Origin: Felis catus
Taxonomy: Eukaryota
Reading direction: 5' to 3'
Assembly: GCF_018350175.1 (NCBI RefSeq)
Contig: NC_058380.1
Coordinates: 74,400,001-74,464,000 of the forward strand
Length of the DNA: 64,000 bases
The notes under the pieces are model-generated. The model ran no database searches. It was not told the DNA's origin and saw only the letters and a program-made list of their open reading frames with translations. A program made the position numbers and the translations under genes. Shown here one piece after another: positions 12,291-24,120 of the stretch. Position 1 is the first letter of the stretch. Every line of letters begins with the position of its first letter.

Positions 12291-12659
12291 GTTCAACCCC
12301 TGAGAGCGAATGAAGTTGTCAAGGAGCATAAGGCAAGGAAAGGAGTGTATACAGAACTTATGTAGCTCACACCGAGGCTGCCCAGGCCTCCAGACGAAAG
12401 TAGAACCATTCTGAATCTTCCTTGAAACCTTTGGCCATCAGGGAGTGGAAGCAAAATGTTCCAGCTTCCAAAATCCTTCCCTCTCTCTGGTCCAGGGAGC
12501 CACCAAGTGACTGCCACCCCCCATGGGGAACTGTTTAAGACCTTGTCCTCCTTTGGACTGGAAAGACAATTCATAGTATTAGCTAACTGACTCAGACCAA
12601 TGTCCTAACTACTTTGTATATCTCCCCTTGTTTGATTCACACAACTGCTCTCTGACCTT

Positions 12660-12810
12660 CGAATTACCAAAGAGGAAACCAATGGGGAATACCATGGCTC
12701 AGGAAATGAAATGACTTGCCCAAGGACACACAATTAGTCAGTGACAAAACCAGTAGGGCAAACCCAGTTCTGACTCCAAAGTTCTAAGTCTTAACTACCA
12801 TGTAATAAAC
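12660..12810. mobile_element. MIR fragment
   Basis: MIR core aatgacttgcccaaggacacacaattagt. Confidence 0.75.
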
Positions 12811-14034
12811 TTTCTAGCCCTAAGCATTTTCTACCATGAGTTCCGATTCGTTGTGTCTTTGTCTTACTTAGATCCCCTCTTGAACTGCTGATGTCTGAGA
12901 ATAAATTATTTCAGACCTTTTCTTAATAACTGTCGAATAAAAGAATCAATACAAGCCCTAAACTATGGCCCTAGGTTTAAGGGCAGACATGCTCCCTGAA
13001 CATCCTGGATTCTTTCATACCCCCTTAACCCTAAAACACCCTTTGGGACCAGACTTCATCCTTTTCAATGCATAGATATTTGTGAAAATTCTGTTCATGA
13101 TTATCTTGCTTTCAGAGATGAGAAAAAGGGCAAATGCCAGTTCGTTAATGAACTGCAGGTACCTTAATGAGAAACCAGGGTACCAAGTAGTCATTGCTGA
13201 TTCAAGCATAAAGATTTTAGTTCTTAGGACAATAAAGCTACTTTTCTTACACGAGATAAAGCGGAGCGAGGGGGTTGGGCTGCTGCTTCTTAAGACTTGT
13301 GCAGGTGTTGGGTTGTGACCTGCCTCAAATGCTGACTTTCCCCAGGTGTCCAGGAGGACCCCGTCAGTGTCTGGTCCATGAAGAGTTATGACCATTGCAT
13401 CTGATACCAACCACATCAACCCTGAAGAAAGCTGTCTGAAGGCCAGGAGTGGGAAATTAAGGGGGTGGAGGGGCTGAGGCCACTATTTCCTTTGATTCAA
13501 CTGCATGTCCCAAATAGGTTTGTTTCCTTTTCTTGAGAGCTGAGTTCTCTGTCCCATTTGCCCATATGGTTAGCCCGGGAAGGATTGGAATCAGCCTTTT
13601 TCTTTCCTGCCTTGAATTCCTCTAGCCAACTCAGAGACTGACCTCCAGACTCATATGAATTAAACTCTGGTTTGCTCTTCAGAATATCCTTGTTACATTA
13701 ATTTAGGGAGCATAATAAATCTGGAGTGAGGTATGTTTGCTGCAAATGCTAATTTGCTCGATGAGAATATCAATTAGATCTCTGAGGCATAGAAATTATG
13801 GCTGTTAAAGATCTCAAAGGTCATTCTTAGCTTGCTCCCAAGTAAGAGGATGAGTAGTTATCTGCTGGAGAGGTCTGGAGTAGAATAGTAAAGGTACAAA
13901 TATATAATACCAATGAGGTGTCAGTGCTGTGCTTGAGATCAAAAAGTCAGGAGTTTCACAGATCCCAGAAACCCATCTATAGATCCTACAGTGATGGTAA
14001 TAGTAATAATAATAATAATAATGAAGAACAACAA

Positions 14035-14250
14035 CAAAGAGAGAGGGAAGCTAACCACAAAAGACTCTTAATGATGGAGAAAAAGGTTGGCGGAGGGAGG
14101 AGGGTGGGGATGGGGTAAATGGGTAATGGGTTTTAAGGAAGGCACTTGTGCTGAGCACTGGCTATTATATGTAAATGATGAATCACTCAGTCCTAACCCC
14201 TGAAACCAATATTACACTCTATGCTAACTAATTAGAATTTAACTAAAGAT
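14035..14250 (+). mobile_element. 5'-truncated carnivore L1 3' terminus
   Basis: gctaaccacaaaagactctta...gatgaatcactc...cctgaaaccaatattacactctatgctaactaattagaattta. Confidence 0.85.
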
Positions 14251-14466
14251 TTGAGGGGCGGGGTGTGTGTGTGTGTGGGGGGGGGAAGAATAGTAACAAC
14301 AATCCAAGGAATGGTAGCTTCTACTTATAGAGCCATTACTATGCATTAGATTCAAGTATTCATGCATTTAATCCTCACAACAGCTCTGCGACACAGACAC
14401 TGTTCTTACTCTCATTTTACAAGTGAGGAAACTGAGTCCTAGAGAATTTAAAAGCTTAAGTTTCCC

Positions 14467-15213
14467 GGCTTCTACTTCTGGCCCAACTGGAGTAACAGGG
14501 ATCAGATTTACTCTCCCTCTTGAAATAACTGAAAAACCAAATGATAGCTCTCCAGACTTTGGGTATCTGTGGAAGGAAGGACAGTGAGCCCTGAGGGACA
14601 GGAAACAAATGAGGCAAGCTGCAGGCATGCTCCAGCTCGCTGCCTGGGGAGTTTCCAGTCCACGGTGCCGATACGGGGAATCCAGCAGAGCCCAGCACAT
14701 TCTTGAGCCCAGGACAGAGCACCAGGAGTCCAAGGAAGTCAAGGTGGCTCGGGTGTGCAGGGTAGAGCACCAGAGAGAGGAGAGTTTCACCGGCAGAGAA
14801 CTCTGGACCTCTGCAAAGGGTCACTTGCAAGTATTCAGTTCACTGATCACTGCCTGTGTGTGAAGAAACTGAGTCTTAGAAAAGACCCCAGAGAACAGGA
14901 GGAAGCATTGCCTGCTGAGAGTTCATCCGGCACCACCGGGACCAGTTCCTGATCCCTACAGCCAGTGTGGGAAACTCTCAGCACACGTAGGGGCGGTTAG
15001 AGGACCAGGAAGGGTATTGCCTTGGTAGTGGGGAAAATTAACACTAGAGTAAATACCGCTCTTGTCTTAGCAAAGCTTAAAAGGAAGCCCTGGAAGGATC
15101 AAACTGCTTCCACATCCCAGAAAACACACCTCAAAGATACATTTTAGAGATACGTAACTGTGGCTGGGCCAGAGAAGATGTTTAAGTGGATGGACTAAAT
15201 GTGCAAAAAGTTT

Positions 15214-15251
<38 letters not shown>

Positions 15252-15952
15252 TACACCTTTACCATTTGTGGTAGTAAGTGTACTAAATTAAAACGGGATC
15301 TATTCAAGTTTGTTTGTTTGTTTGATACAACAATGTCCAGCACACAACGAGGTAAAATTTATGATGTCTGGCATCCAGTAATAACCAGCCGCCCAAGAGC
15401 AGCAAAATAAGGAGAAAAATCAATCACATGTGACCCAGAAATGACATCGATGATAGAATTAGCAGATAAGGACATGAAAACGGCCATTATAACTTTATTC
15501 CATATGTTCTAAAAGCCAGAGGAAGGGTCAGACATATTGAATGGATCCCAGGAAGATATTTTGAAAAACCAAAACAGCCCAAATAAGGTTCTAGAGATGA
15601 AAACCACCATGTCAGAGGTAAAAATACATCAGATGGGATTCACTGGAAGTTAGACGCCAGACATTAGTGAATTTGGTGACACAGCAATAGAAACTATTTG
15701 ACACTAAACAAAGAAAATGTAACCTGATCTGCAGGATAGAAAGCAGGTCGCTGGTTCCCTGGAGGTGAGGGCTTGGGGAGGTGGGAGGGGCACTGGGAAA
15801 CTTGGGGGGATGGGTGTGTTCATCATCATCTCAGCTGCTGCGGTGATGGTTTCACATGTGTTTATGTGTGTCAAATCTCATAAAATTGTAGCTTTGAGCA
15901 TGTGTAGCTTATTGTATGTCAATCACGCCGGCATAAATCTGTTACAAAACAC
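14467..15952 (+). mobile_element. Old L1 (L1MC/L1MD-like): 5' UTR and ORF1 start joined directly to the 3' terminus, inserted in a MIR
   Basis: 5' end cttctacttctggcccaactggagtaacaggg; ORF1 relic ~15400-15715; 3' terminus 15735-15950; gtttcc flanks both ends; MIR halves on either side. Confidence 0.75.
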
Positions 15953-17473
15953 GTTTCCAAAGGTCATGCGGCTAGTACATTGCAGCCTGGCTCCGGTAGC
16001 TCAGCACTACTTTATATTGCAAGGTATCTACTGCTATTCCCATTTTATGGATGAAAGAGAGTCGAAGGGATGATGGGCCTTCTCCAGCCACACAGAGGGT
16101 AAGTGACAGAGCTAGGATTTATATCCATGTCTGGCTGACTCCAGATCAACTGCTCCTTTTGTTTCACGGTCCACGTTTCTGCTGTTGACTTGAAGTCAGC
16201 AGACCCTACGCACACAGGCTCTGCTCTCCCACGCGTCTCTGGGTCACCTCCTCCTCGCTCTGCACCTCTTCCTCCACGTACAAAGCCCACCCTGGACTCC
16301 CAGTCCTCACCCATGGATCATTACTCAGCTGCCTATTTTCTGTACCTGGAAACATGGGAACAAATCAATTTGTAAATGCCTGGACCAGAGCGGGGCTGAG
16401 TAATTGCCAATGCATCTTTGTGAAAGCAAGAGCTTGCTGGGCACTTGGAAGGCAGCCCCTGCCTGTTTGAAAGAAGTAGGCACTCTGAATGCAGACAGAC
16501 AGACGAGCATGCGTGCAGCACCTAGCATCTAGGGAGCCCTTTCCCCTCTCCCATCTCCTTCCGTTCACGGCAGAATGAACATCTGACCACTTTGTCAGCA
16601 GACGCATGAACTTTATATAGTCGGAGCTGTTAGAAATGAACCCTAGAACCTAACCACCTGGGTTGTACCTGGGGGGCGGGGTTCATTACAAGAGAGGGTC
16701 CAGTAGAAGCCAGATGGCTGCTATCAAACCTTATGCATGGGGTGGAGGCCCGCCCTGACGACTTCTGAGGTCCCTTCCTAGGCAGGCAGTGTATAACAGG
16801 AATGCTAAGCTTATACTCAGAAGGCGGTTGCTATTATATGTGAGGTTGAGGGTGAGAAAGGATCTCTGTCCTGTTTCCTGCCCTGGCCCTGTCCTGACTG
16901 ACTGAGCACTACCTGACCACTGGATTGTCTGTACCTGTCTGGAGCAGCTTTAATCACCATGTAAAAAATGTTTTGGTTATAACTGAGAAAAGATGCTACT
17001 CTGTATTCTCCGACCGTGCACCTCTGAGTGGTTATGAGATACAGGGCAGAGCAGGACACGCCTCTCCCGTTACTCTAAGGATACATTTAATAGAAATCTG
17101 AATTGTGTGAACTAGAAGTGTGGCGATATAAAACATATTCATTAAGGTTTCATACTGCCCGCAAAATTTGAAATGATGCAAATTCCCTTAAATTGAAAGA
17201 AAAAAAAAAAAAGCACCGTGGAAAGAATGATTTCCAAACTGGAAAGGGACTGGGATGAGTTGTACTCCGGGTTTCTTGGAATTTTGATTCATGGCTGGTA
17301 AACTAAAGTACCCATTTTCCTTGCCCAGGATTTGGGTCCTGAATCACGTGAGATCTTCAGGAACCCTGTCCCTTGCACTGTCCTGTTACAGGTGAGAAGC
17401 TAAGGCCAACATCAAGCCAGCTCAAATGAGGTGTTGTGTATTTTCCAGAACATGGGAGAACTTGGCTTCCAGA

Positions 17474-17777
17474 GTAGCACGGCCCAATAGAAATATAATG
17501 TGAACACTGTATGTAATTATACTTTTTCTGGTAGTCATATCAAAAGAAGTTAAAAGAAATAGGTGAAGTGAATTTTAATGAGATATTTTATTTTACCCAA
17601 TATACTCAGGATGTTATTTCAACATGCAACCAGTAGAAAAATTATTTTTGAGATACTTTACCTTCTTTCTTTTGTCCTAAATTCTCAAAATCCTGTGTGT
17701 ATTTTATACTTAGAGCACATCTCAACTCAGAATGGCCACATGTGGCTGATGGCTTCCATATTGCACAATGCGGGGCT
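17474..17777. mobile_element. MER33 (hAT-Charlie non-autonomous DNA transposon)
   Basis: ccaatagaaatataatgtga...ggccacatgtggctgatggcttccatattgcac. Confidence 0.85.
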
Positions 17778-17879
17778 AGAATATTTATGGGCATGGTCAG
17801 GGCACTAAAGAAGTTTAGTTGGTGAGGGGCATAGTTGCAGGGGATGGTGCCTTCCAGGAAACAGTGTGTTAACTGCCTC

Positions 17880-18101
17880 TTTTTTTAAAAATTTCTTTTG
17901 TGTTTATTCATTTTTGAGACCGAGAGAGACAGAGCGCGAGCAGAGGAGGGGCAGAGACAGAGGGAGACACAGAATCTAAAGCAGGCTCCAGGCTCTGAGC
18001 TGTCAGCACAGAGCCTGATGCGGGGCTTGAACCCACAATCTGTGAGATCATGACCTGAGCTGAAGTCGGACCCTTAACTGACTGAGCCACCCAGGTCCTC
18101 C
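17880..18101 (-). mobile_element. CanSINE
   Basis: Reverse-complement full body. Confidence 0.93.
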
Positions 18102-18616
18102 TTGACTATCTCTTTAATGATGCTCTAGAATGCTCTCCCATTCTGACAGCCATCGTATCATAATTACTACATTTTAAGTCTTTTCCCACCATGTGGTCTG
18201 CCACAAACTCCAGTTTTCAAAGGCATCTCCTCGCACAAGGAGACTGAGAATCATTGGATATATTACACAAGCCGCAAGTCAGTTAACTTTTTTTTTTTTA
18301 TCAATAAACCCCCCATCTGTAGAATGGTGATAGGCAAGAATAAAAAGGATAAAAGAAGACAGCTGATGTGAGCGGTACAATTTGATTTTATTATGAATGG
18401 TTACAATCATATTCCTTGGCTTTATTGCTGAGTGTATGCTTGTGTATAATTTCATCTTTCATCGGAACTTCAAAGCAGGTATTTGAACTTAAAGCAACCA
18501 AAACATACCTTAACAAACAACTAAGCCAAAGGAAAAAAAATCCACAATTGACTACACATATTTGTTGAACCTCCAAGAAACCAGATCCAAATAAAAAAAA
18601 AAAAAAAAATTACTGG

Positions 18617-18632
18617 TTTTTTTTTTTTTTTT

Positions 18633-18676
<44 letters not shown>

Positions 18677-18843
18677 TGCAAGTGGGGGAGAAACAGAGAG
18701 AGAGGGAGACACAGAATCTGAAGCTGGCTCCAGGCTCTGAGCTGTCAGCACAGAGCCTGATTGGGGGCTTGAACTAACGGACTGTGAGATCATGACTTAA
18801 GCCGAAGGTGGATGCTTAACCAACTGAGCCACCCAGGCGCCCC
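18617..18843 (-). mobile_element. CanSINE with long (GA)n tract
   Basis: Reverse-complement full body. Confidence 0.93.
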
Positions 18844-19578
18844 AAACCCAAGTATTTTTGAGAAGCTTAACCGAGAATTGAACCAATCCCTGCAAAACAA
18901 TAACAGCACTAAAACAAAAGACCCCATTAGTCATTTCCAATAGTCTGATGGTTTCCTGTCCCTCCTCTCTGCTGCGGACCCCAGTCACAGACCCTGGGCC
19001 AGGTTCTGTCCATTCACCACAAGGCTCCTTGGAGGCATGAAAAAACACTATGGTTCTGGAGGAGGGTGAGGCATCAGCCAAGTAATCATTATTAGCTTAT
19101 CATGTGGATGCAAATGCGCATTTGGGGCTTGTGTGTTTATTTCTCAGAATGTGCAAAAAGGAATAATTTCAGAGGAATTTCTAAGCTGCCAGGGCAGGGC
19201 AGTCTGTCCTTAGGCAATTATCACAATATGCTCAGGTATGTTGACTGAGAACTTACTTAAAAGAAGATGCTCCAAGTGAGAATCCATTCAGCAGCCTGTT
19301 CCACTCTGTCCTGCTCAGAATCAGATTATTTCCTTCCCATGTGAATGATAGGTTATTATTATGTACCCAGGAGAATATTTGAGGCTATGGAACGTGGATG
19401 TTGGACAATATTTCACTCAATGCAATTTAATGAAGAGCAACCAGAATGGTTATGCTCAATCTCCTTTGCATAAATAACAGCATGTCCAAGCACTACTTTC
19501 TTAAGGATTATTCTAGGTACAATTTTCATGGGTTTTGGAGCGGGGGGAGATGCCTGGTTCATACATTAGTTTTTCTCC

Positions 19579-19773
19579 NNNNNNNNNNNNNNNNNNNNNN
19601 NNNNNNNNNNNNNNNNNNNNNNNNNNNNNNNNNNNNNNNNNNNNNNNNNNNNNNNNNNNNNNNNNNNNNNNNNNNNNNNNNNNNNNNNNNNNNNNNNNNN
19701 NNNNNNNNNNNNNNNNNNNNNNNNNNNNNNNNNNNNNNNNNNNNNNNNNNNNNNNNNNNNNNNNNNNNNNNNN
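19579..19773. other. Assembly gap (195 N), probably a SINE tail
   Basis: Run of N followed directly by SINE body. Confidence 0.99.
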
Positions 19774-19926
19774 GAGGGACAGAGAGAGAGGCAGACACAG
19801 AATCTGACACAGGCTCCAGGTTCTGAGCTGTCAGCACAAAACCCGATGTGGGCTCGAACTCACGGACCATGAGATCATAACCTGGGCTGAAGTCGGACAC
19901 TAACTGACTGAGACACCCAGGCGTCC
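19774..19926 (-). mobile_element. CanSINE (tail in the gap), inserted in a MIR
   Basis: SINE body to head; ttagtttt on both flanks. Confidence 0.9.
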
Positions 19927-20449
19927 TGTATCTTAGTTTTTCTATCAGTAAAATAGGATAATCACGGCTGCCCAAAAAGAGCTAAATTGAAGTCATGTAA
20001 GTAACTTCTTGGCACACAGAAGGTGCTCAATAAATACTTTTCCTTTCTAGTTGCCAAGGCAGAATTCCCCTCCCAAACTGATCTTTCAAGTAATTGTTGG
20101 GTATTTTCCAATTGGCACTGCAGATGATGGAATTTATTGACCCTATATAAGTCATGACCAACTTTAAGTTATAGCAGCCCTCGAAATGCTTTCCCCAGGC
20201 TGGTGTCCAATAACCAGACTAGGGGAGTTTCTGTTCTCGGCCCCAGGTTGGTATGATACCATCAGTGGTAAGATACTATCCGTTCCCGTGACTGTAATGT
20301 CAGTGTGTTCTTAGAGGCTGAACAATCAACCAGAAAATAATGAGGAATCAATGGGACCTGTATGTGAAGATGCAGGCGTATTACTAATTAACTCCTTGGA
20401 ATTAAAATTCTAGAAGTAGAATGGTTGGTTATGAGGGGCTGCACATTTA

Positions 20450-20830
20450 AAAGACTTTTAGAACGTGTGACAATGAGCGTAAGAATATTCCATCAGCAGT
20501 GGATGAAAGTGCTCCCTTCCTCATAACCTAATTACAACCAAGTATTGCCACTTTTTTGTGCTTCCTAATATGAAACATAAAATGGCATAGTGTTTAACTT
20601 GTAAGGCTTTGTTGGACGTTTTTTCCGTGTGTTTATTGGCCATTTGTGTTTATTCTTTTCTATTTGTGTTTTTAGCCTAAGGTCCTCTGAGGTTAAGTTT
20701 TTCCTCATTGGTTTATAAAGGATCTTTGTAATATAGAGAGATTAGCTCTTTATCATATCTATAACAACTGTTTGTTTTTTTCCCCAGTGTGTTATTTGCC
20801 TTCTAAGGTTTACTATTCTGTTTTTCAAAA
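20450..20830 (-). mobile_element. Old L1 (L1ME-like) fragment
   Basis: Antisense L1 ORF2-end motifs (gtgtttattggccatttgtg). Confidence 0.55.
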
Positions 20831-21140
20831 TTGCCTAAAAAGTAATGAGCAAACATTTATCCATCCAATAAACATTTGCTGAATGCCAGCTATATGCCAG
20901 GCTCTGTGCCAGGCATTGGCATTATAAGAGAAAAAGCTCAAATCTCTGCCCTCGAAGAGATAAGAGTCTAGTGGAAAATGGACTTTTTTTTAAGTGCCAT
21001 GAGCACCGTGTGATAGTTGCTATGGCCAAAGGAAATACTGGGGTCCCTGGGTGCAGAGTGAGGGCATCCTAACCAGTTGGGAGGGGAGGAAAGGATTAAG
21101 GGAATGCTTCATGGAGGTGGTGGCATTAGAGCTGAGTCTC

Positions 21141-21378
21141 GGGGCGCCTGGGTGGCTCAGTTGGTTAAGTGTCCTACTTCTGTTCAGGTCATGATCTCGC
21201 GGTTTGTGGGTTCGAGCCCTACATTGGACTCTGCTGACAGCTCACAGCCTGGAGCCTGCTTTGGATTCTGTGTCTCCCTCTCTCTCTCTCTGCCCCCTCC
21301 CCTGCTCATGGTCTGTCTCTCTCTCTCTCTCTCTCTCAAAAATAAATAAACATTAAACAAAATTAAAAAAAATAAAAA
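21141..21378 (+). mobile_element. CanSINE inserted in an L2 relic (~20860-21720)
   Basis: Full head, (CT)n and A-tail; L2 motifs flank it. Confidence 0.93.
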
Positions 21379-21837
21379 TCTGGGTTATTTCAATAGTAAG
21401 AAGGGTGGAAGAGAGAATTAGAAATTTCAGGCAAAGGATGTGGCTTTTCAGCTTGAAAGAAGTATTCAGAAGTAAGGCTGGGAAAGAAAATGGAGCCCAA
21501 TGTGGCAGGAGGGAGTCCCTAGCGATTTGACAGGCAAGCACTGAATGCTTTAGGAGGATGACGCTGGCAGCAGACATGGGTAGCCTGGGAACCAGGAGAC
21601 CAGTTTAGAGCTCACTGCAACATTCAGGCTGCTCTGGGTGGTGGCGGTGGGGACGGAGAAGAGGGATTGCAGGGACATTATAAAGGTCAAGGGACCTGAG
21701 GGATTCAGGTATGGGGTATGGTGATGCTCTTAGACAATCAGTTTAGGGAACTGGACAGATGTTCCTGGAATCCAAGGTCAGACTGAGCCTTCAAACCATG
21801 GGACATCTTAACTAGCAGAGCCCTTAGCATTCAGCGT

Positions 21838-22327
21838 GGTAGACTGTGTGTGGCTACAAATTCTTTGACATTCTTCCCATTGACAGGTGGCAACTGTGTG
21901 TTCTCCACTTGAATCTGGCCGGGCTCTGTGGCTACTGGGCCAATAGTCCACCACACCACCGTGCCAGCTTCTGAACTCAGGCCTTACAACTCTGACAGCT
22001 TCTTCTTCTCATCTGTTGGATGAGAACAACTTTTGGGGCCCCAGCAGCCCCATGGAGAAGCACACATGGAGCAGTATGAAGTCCCTGGTCAACAGCCCCA
22101 CACGAGTTCCCAGCCGACAGCCAGCGCCAACTTGCCAACCATGGGAGTGAACCATCTTGGAAGTGGGTCCTTCAGCCTCCATGGAGCTTCTTCAGCTGAA
22201 AATGCCTGGAGCAGAGATGAGGTGTACCTTACGAGTCTCCCAGATTGCGGATGCGCGGGCAAAATAAATGATTGCTGTTTGTTTAAGCTGCTGAACTTTT
22301 GAGCGGACTATCACACAGCAATAGACA
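21838..22327. mobile_element. MaLR solo LTR (MLT1F/G-like)
   Basis: tggctacaaattctttgacattcttcccattga...aaaataaatgattgctgtttgtttaagctgctg...cagcaatagaca. Confidence 0.8.
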
Positions 22328-22351
22328 AAGGAAAGAAAAAAGCATCTACCA

Positions 22352-22572
22352 GACAGGTGGCAAGCTAGGGCCAGAGAGCCAAATTTGGGCCATTGCCTTT
22401 TTGTTAATAAAATGTTATTGGAACACAGCAATGCCCGCTTATTTACATATTGCCTTTTTCTGCGGTTGCGCGTCATCGGAAGAGCTGAGTCGTTGGGAAC
22501 CCCATGGCGCACGAAGCACAAAATATTGACCATCTGGCCCTCTGCAAAGAAAGTTTGCCAAACCCTCAACTA
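22352..22572. mobile_element. MER58A-like hAT-Charlie element
   Basis: aataaaatgttattggaacacagc...aaaatattgaccatctggccctctgcaaagaaagtttgcc. Confidence 0.85.
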
Positions 22573-24029
22573 GTATCTCCGAAAGAGGCCCAAGGAAGAG
22601 AAGTCGCTGCTCAAAGTCTACATTCAAGTTAGGGGCAGAATCAAGACAAAGACCCAGGATTTTTAAATCTCAGTTCTGTGCTATTTACATCATTCCACTA
22701 GGATTTATTAAGCATCTACTCCATAGTAGGTGTCGAGCTACTAGGGTGAGGATGAGAGGCATCACAGCTGCTCCCCCAAAGCACGTAACTGGTGCAGAAG
22801 AGTAAAGAAATGGCCATCTAGAAAAATCTATAGTAGAGATGAGCACGGCATGTGAGAGAAGGCAGAGCAAGCACTTTTCATTCCTGCTATGGTGTCTGGG
22901 AAGAGTTCCTGCATGCCTTCCCAGCATCTGCTCCCCCGACTTTTTATGACAGCACCTTAAGTTTCCCTTAAGAAGCCATTGCCATCCTGCCAATTCATGT
23001 GGTTTGAGTGGAGCTGAACTTTCCTTTCAGCTCCAGGCCCGGCCACTGTGCTTTGCTCCGAAATGTCTAGAAGACACAGCTGCCAATGAGATCCCACCCT
23101 CAGTCTTATGCTGGATGTTCTAGGACAAAGAGAAGTGCTTTCCTGGAGAGGCTATGCTGGCAGCCCATCCACCTGGAGCCACAGGGACTGTCTCTGCCGC
23201 CATATTGGGCGGGCCTGGCCAAGATCGAAGCCCCCCGAAGAGGAAAGCAGAACCGGGAGCTGGAGAAAGATTCCTTAGCTATAACTCTGAGCGCTTTCAT
23301 CAATGCTCAGAAATATCCTTTTTTTTCTGAAACCACACAGACTCTGCCATTGTAACTGAACAATTCCAGTGGATAGCGTGTTTTTCCCCTAGGCAACCAC
23401 CACCCAGCCCACTTCTGAACCCTTCCCTTCCCCACGTCATCTCGGGTGCCTGCCCTCTGCAGCCCCAGCCTCCATCTAGGAGTGCAAGTTTCAGAACCAA
23501 GAGTGCCAAAGGCACGTCTGAGAGGAGCGGAGCCAACTTTGATAATGAATTCCTGAGCACTGTGTGAGCCATTCCGTGGTTATTCGAAATCCCATTCAAT
23601 TTTTTTTTTTTCTCCAGTGATAATAAGTGCACAGTTTCTGGTATTGTGTCTGTCAGCCGCTAGATGACAGAGGTATTTCCAGTCAGGATCTCCATAGACT
23701 TGTGGCTCTGGGAATGATGCCTCTTGGGGGGGAGAGGAGTGCTGGCAGTGCAGGGTGACACATGCGTGTGAGCTTGGAGGAGCTAGAAACAGGAGATCCG
23801 CTGCCCTCAGAGGACCTGGCTGAGGTCTGGACCCCATTGTTTTGAGAGGTTCTGGCTTCAGAAGGCCTTTTCTTTCCTTTTGAAGTGGGGACTACCCTCG
23901 AATGGGCATCTCCTATACAGGCAGTGGAGCAGATCTGGGTTGGCTCAGATCTTGGACCTCCAGCACCAGCTGCTTCAGAGTTTCATGGAGAGCTTTCGAA
24001 AAGTCCAGGTGCCCGTCCCCATCCTCTGC

Positions 24030-24120
24030 AAGATTCTGAGTCAGTAGGTAAGGGGTAAGCAATCCTGATGTTGACAAATCTTTCTGATTCTAGGGGCAGC
24101 CATGTTGAGAACCATAGGTA
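24030..24120. mobile_element. MER5A fragment
   Basis: attctgagtcagtaggt...gattctaggggcagccatgttgagaacca. Confidence 0.65.

Noticed and set aside
13015-13419. 134-aa minus-strand ORF in apparently unique sequence
   Set aside because: No recognisable domain, splice structure or promoter; the length is compatible with chance.
18593-18635. A-run / TTACTGG / T-run foldback
   Set aside because: Explained by a SINE T-tail landing beside an existing A-tract; intergenic with no sign of transcription.
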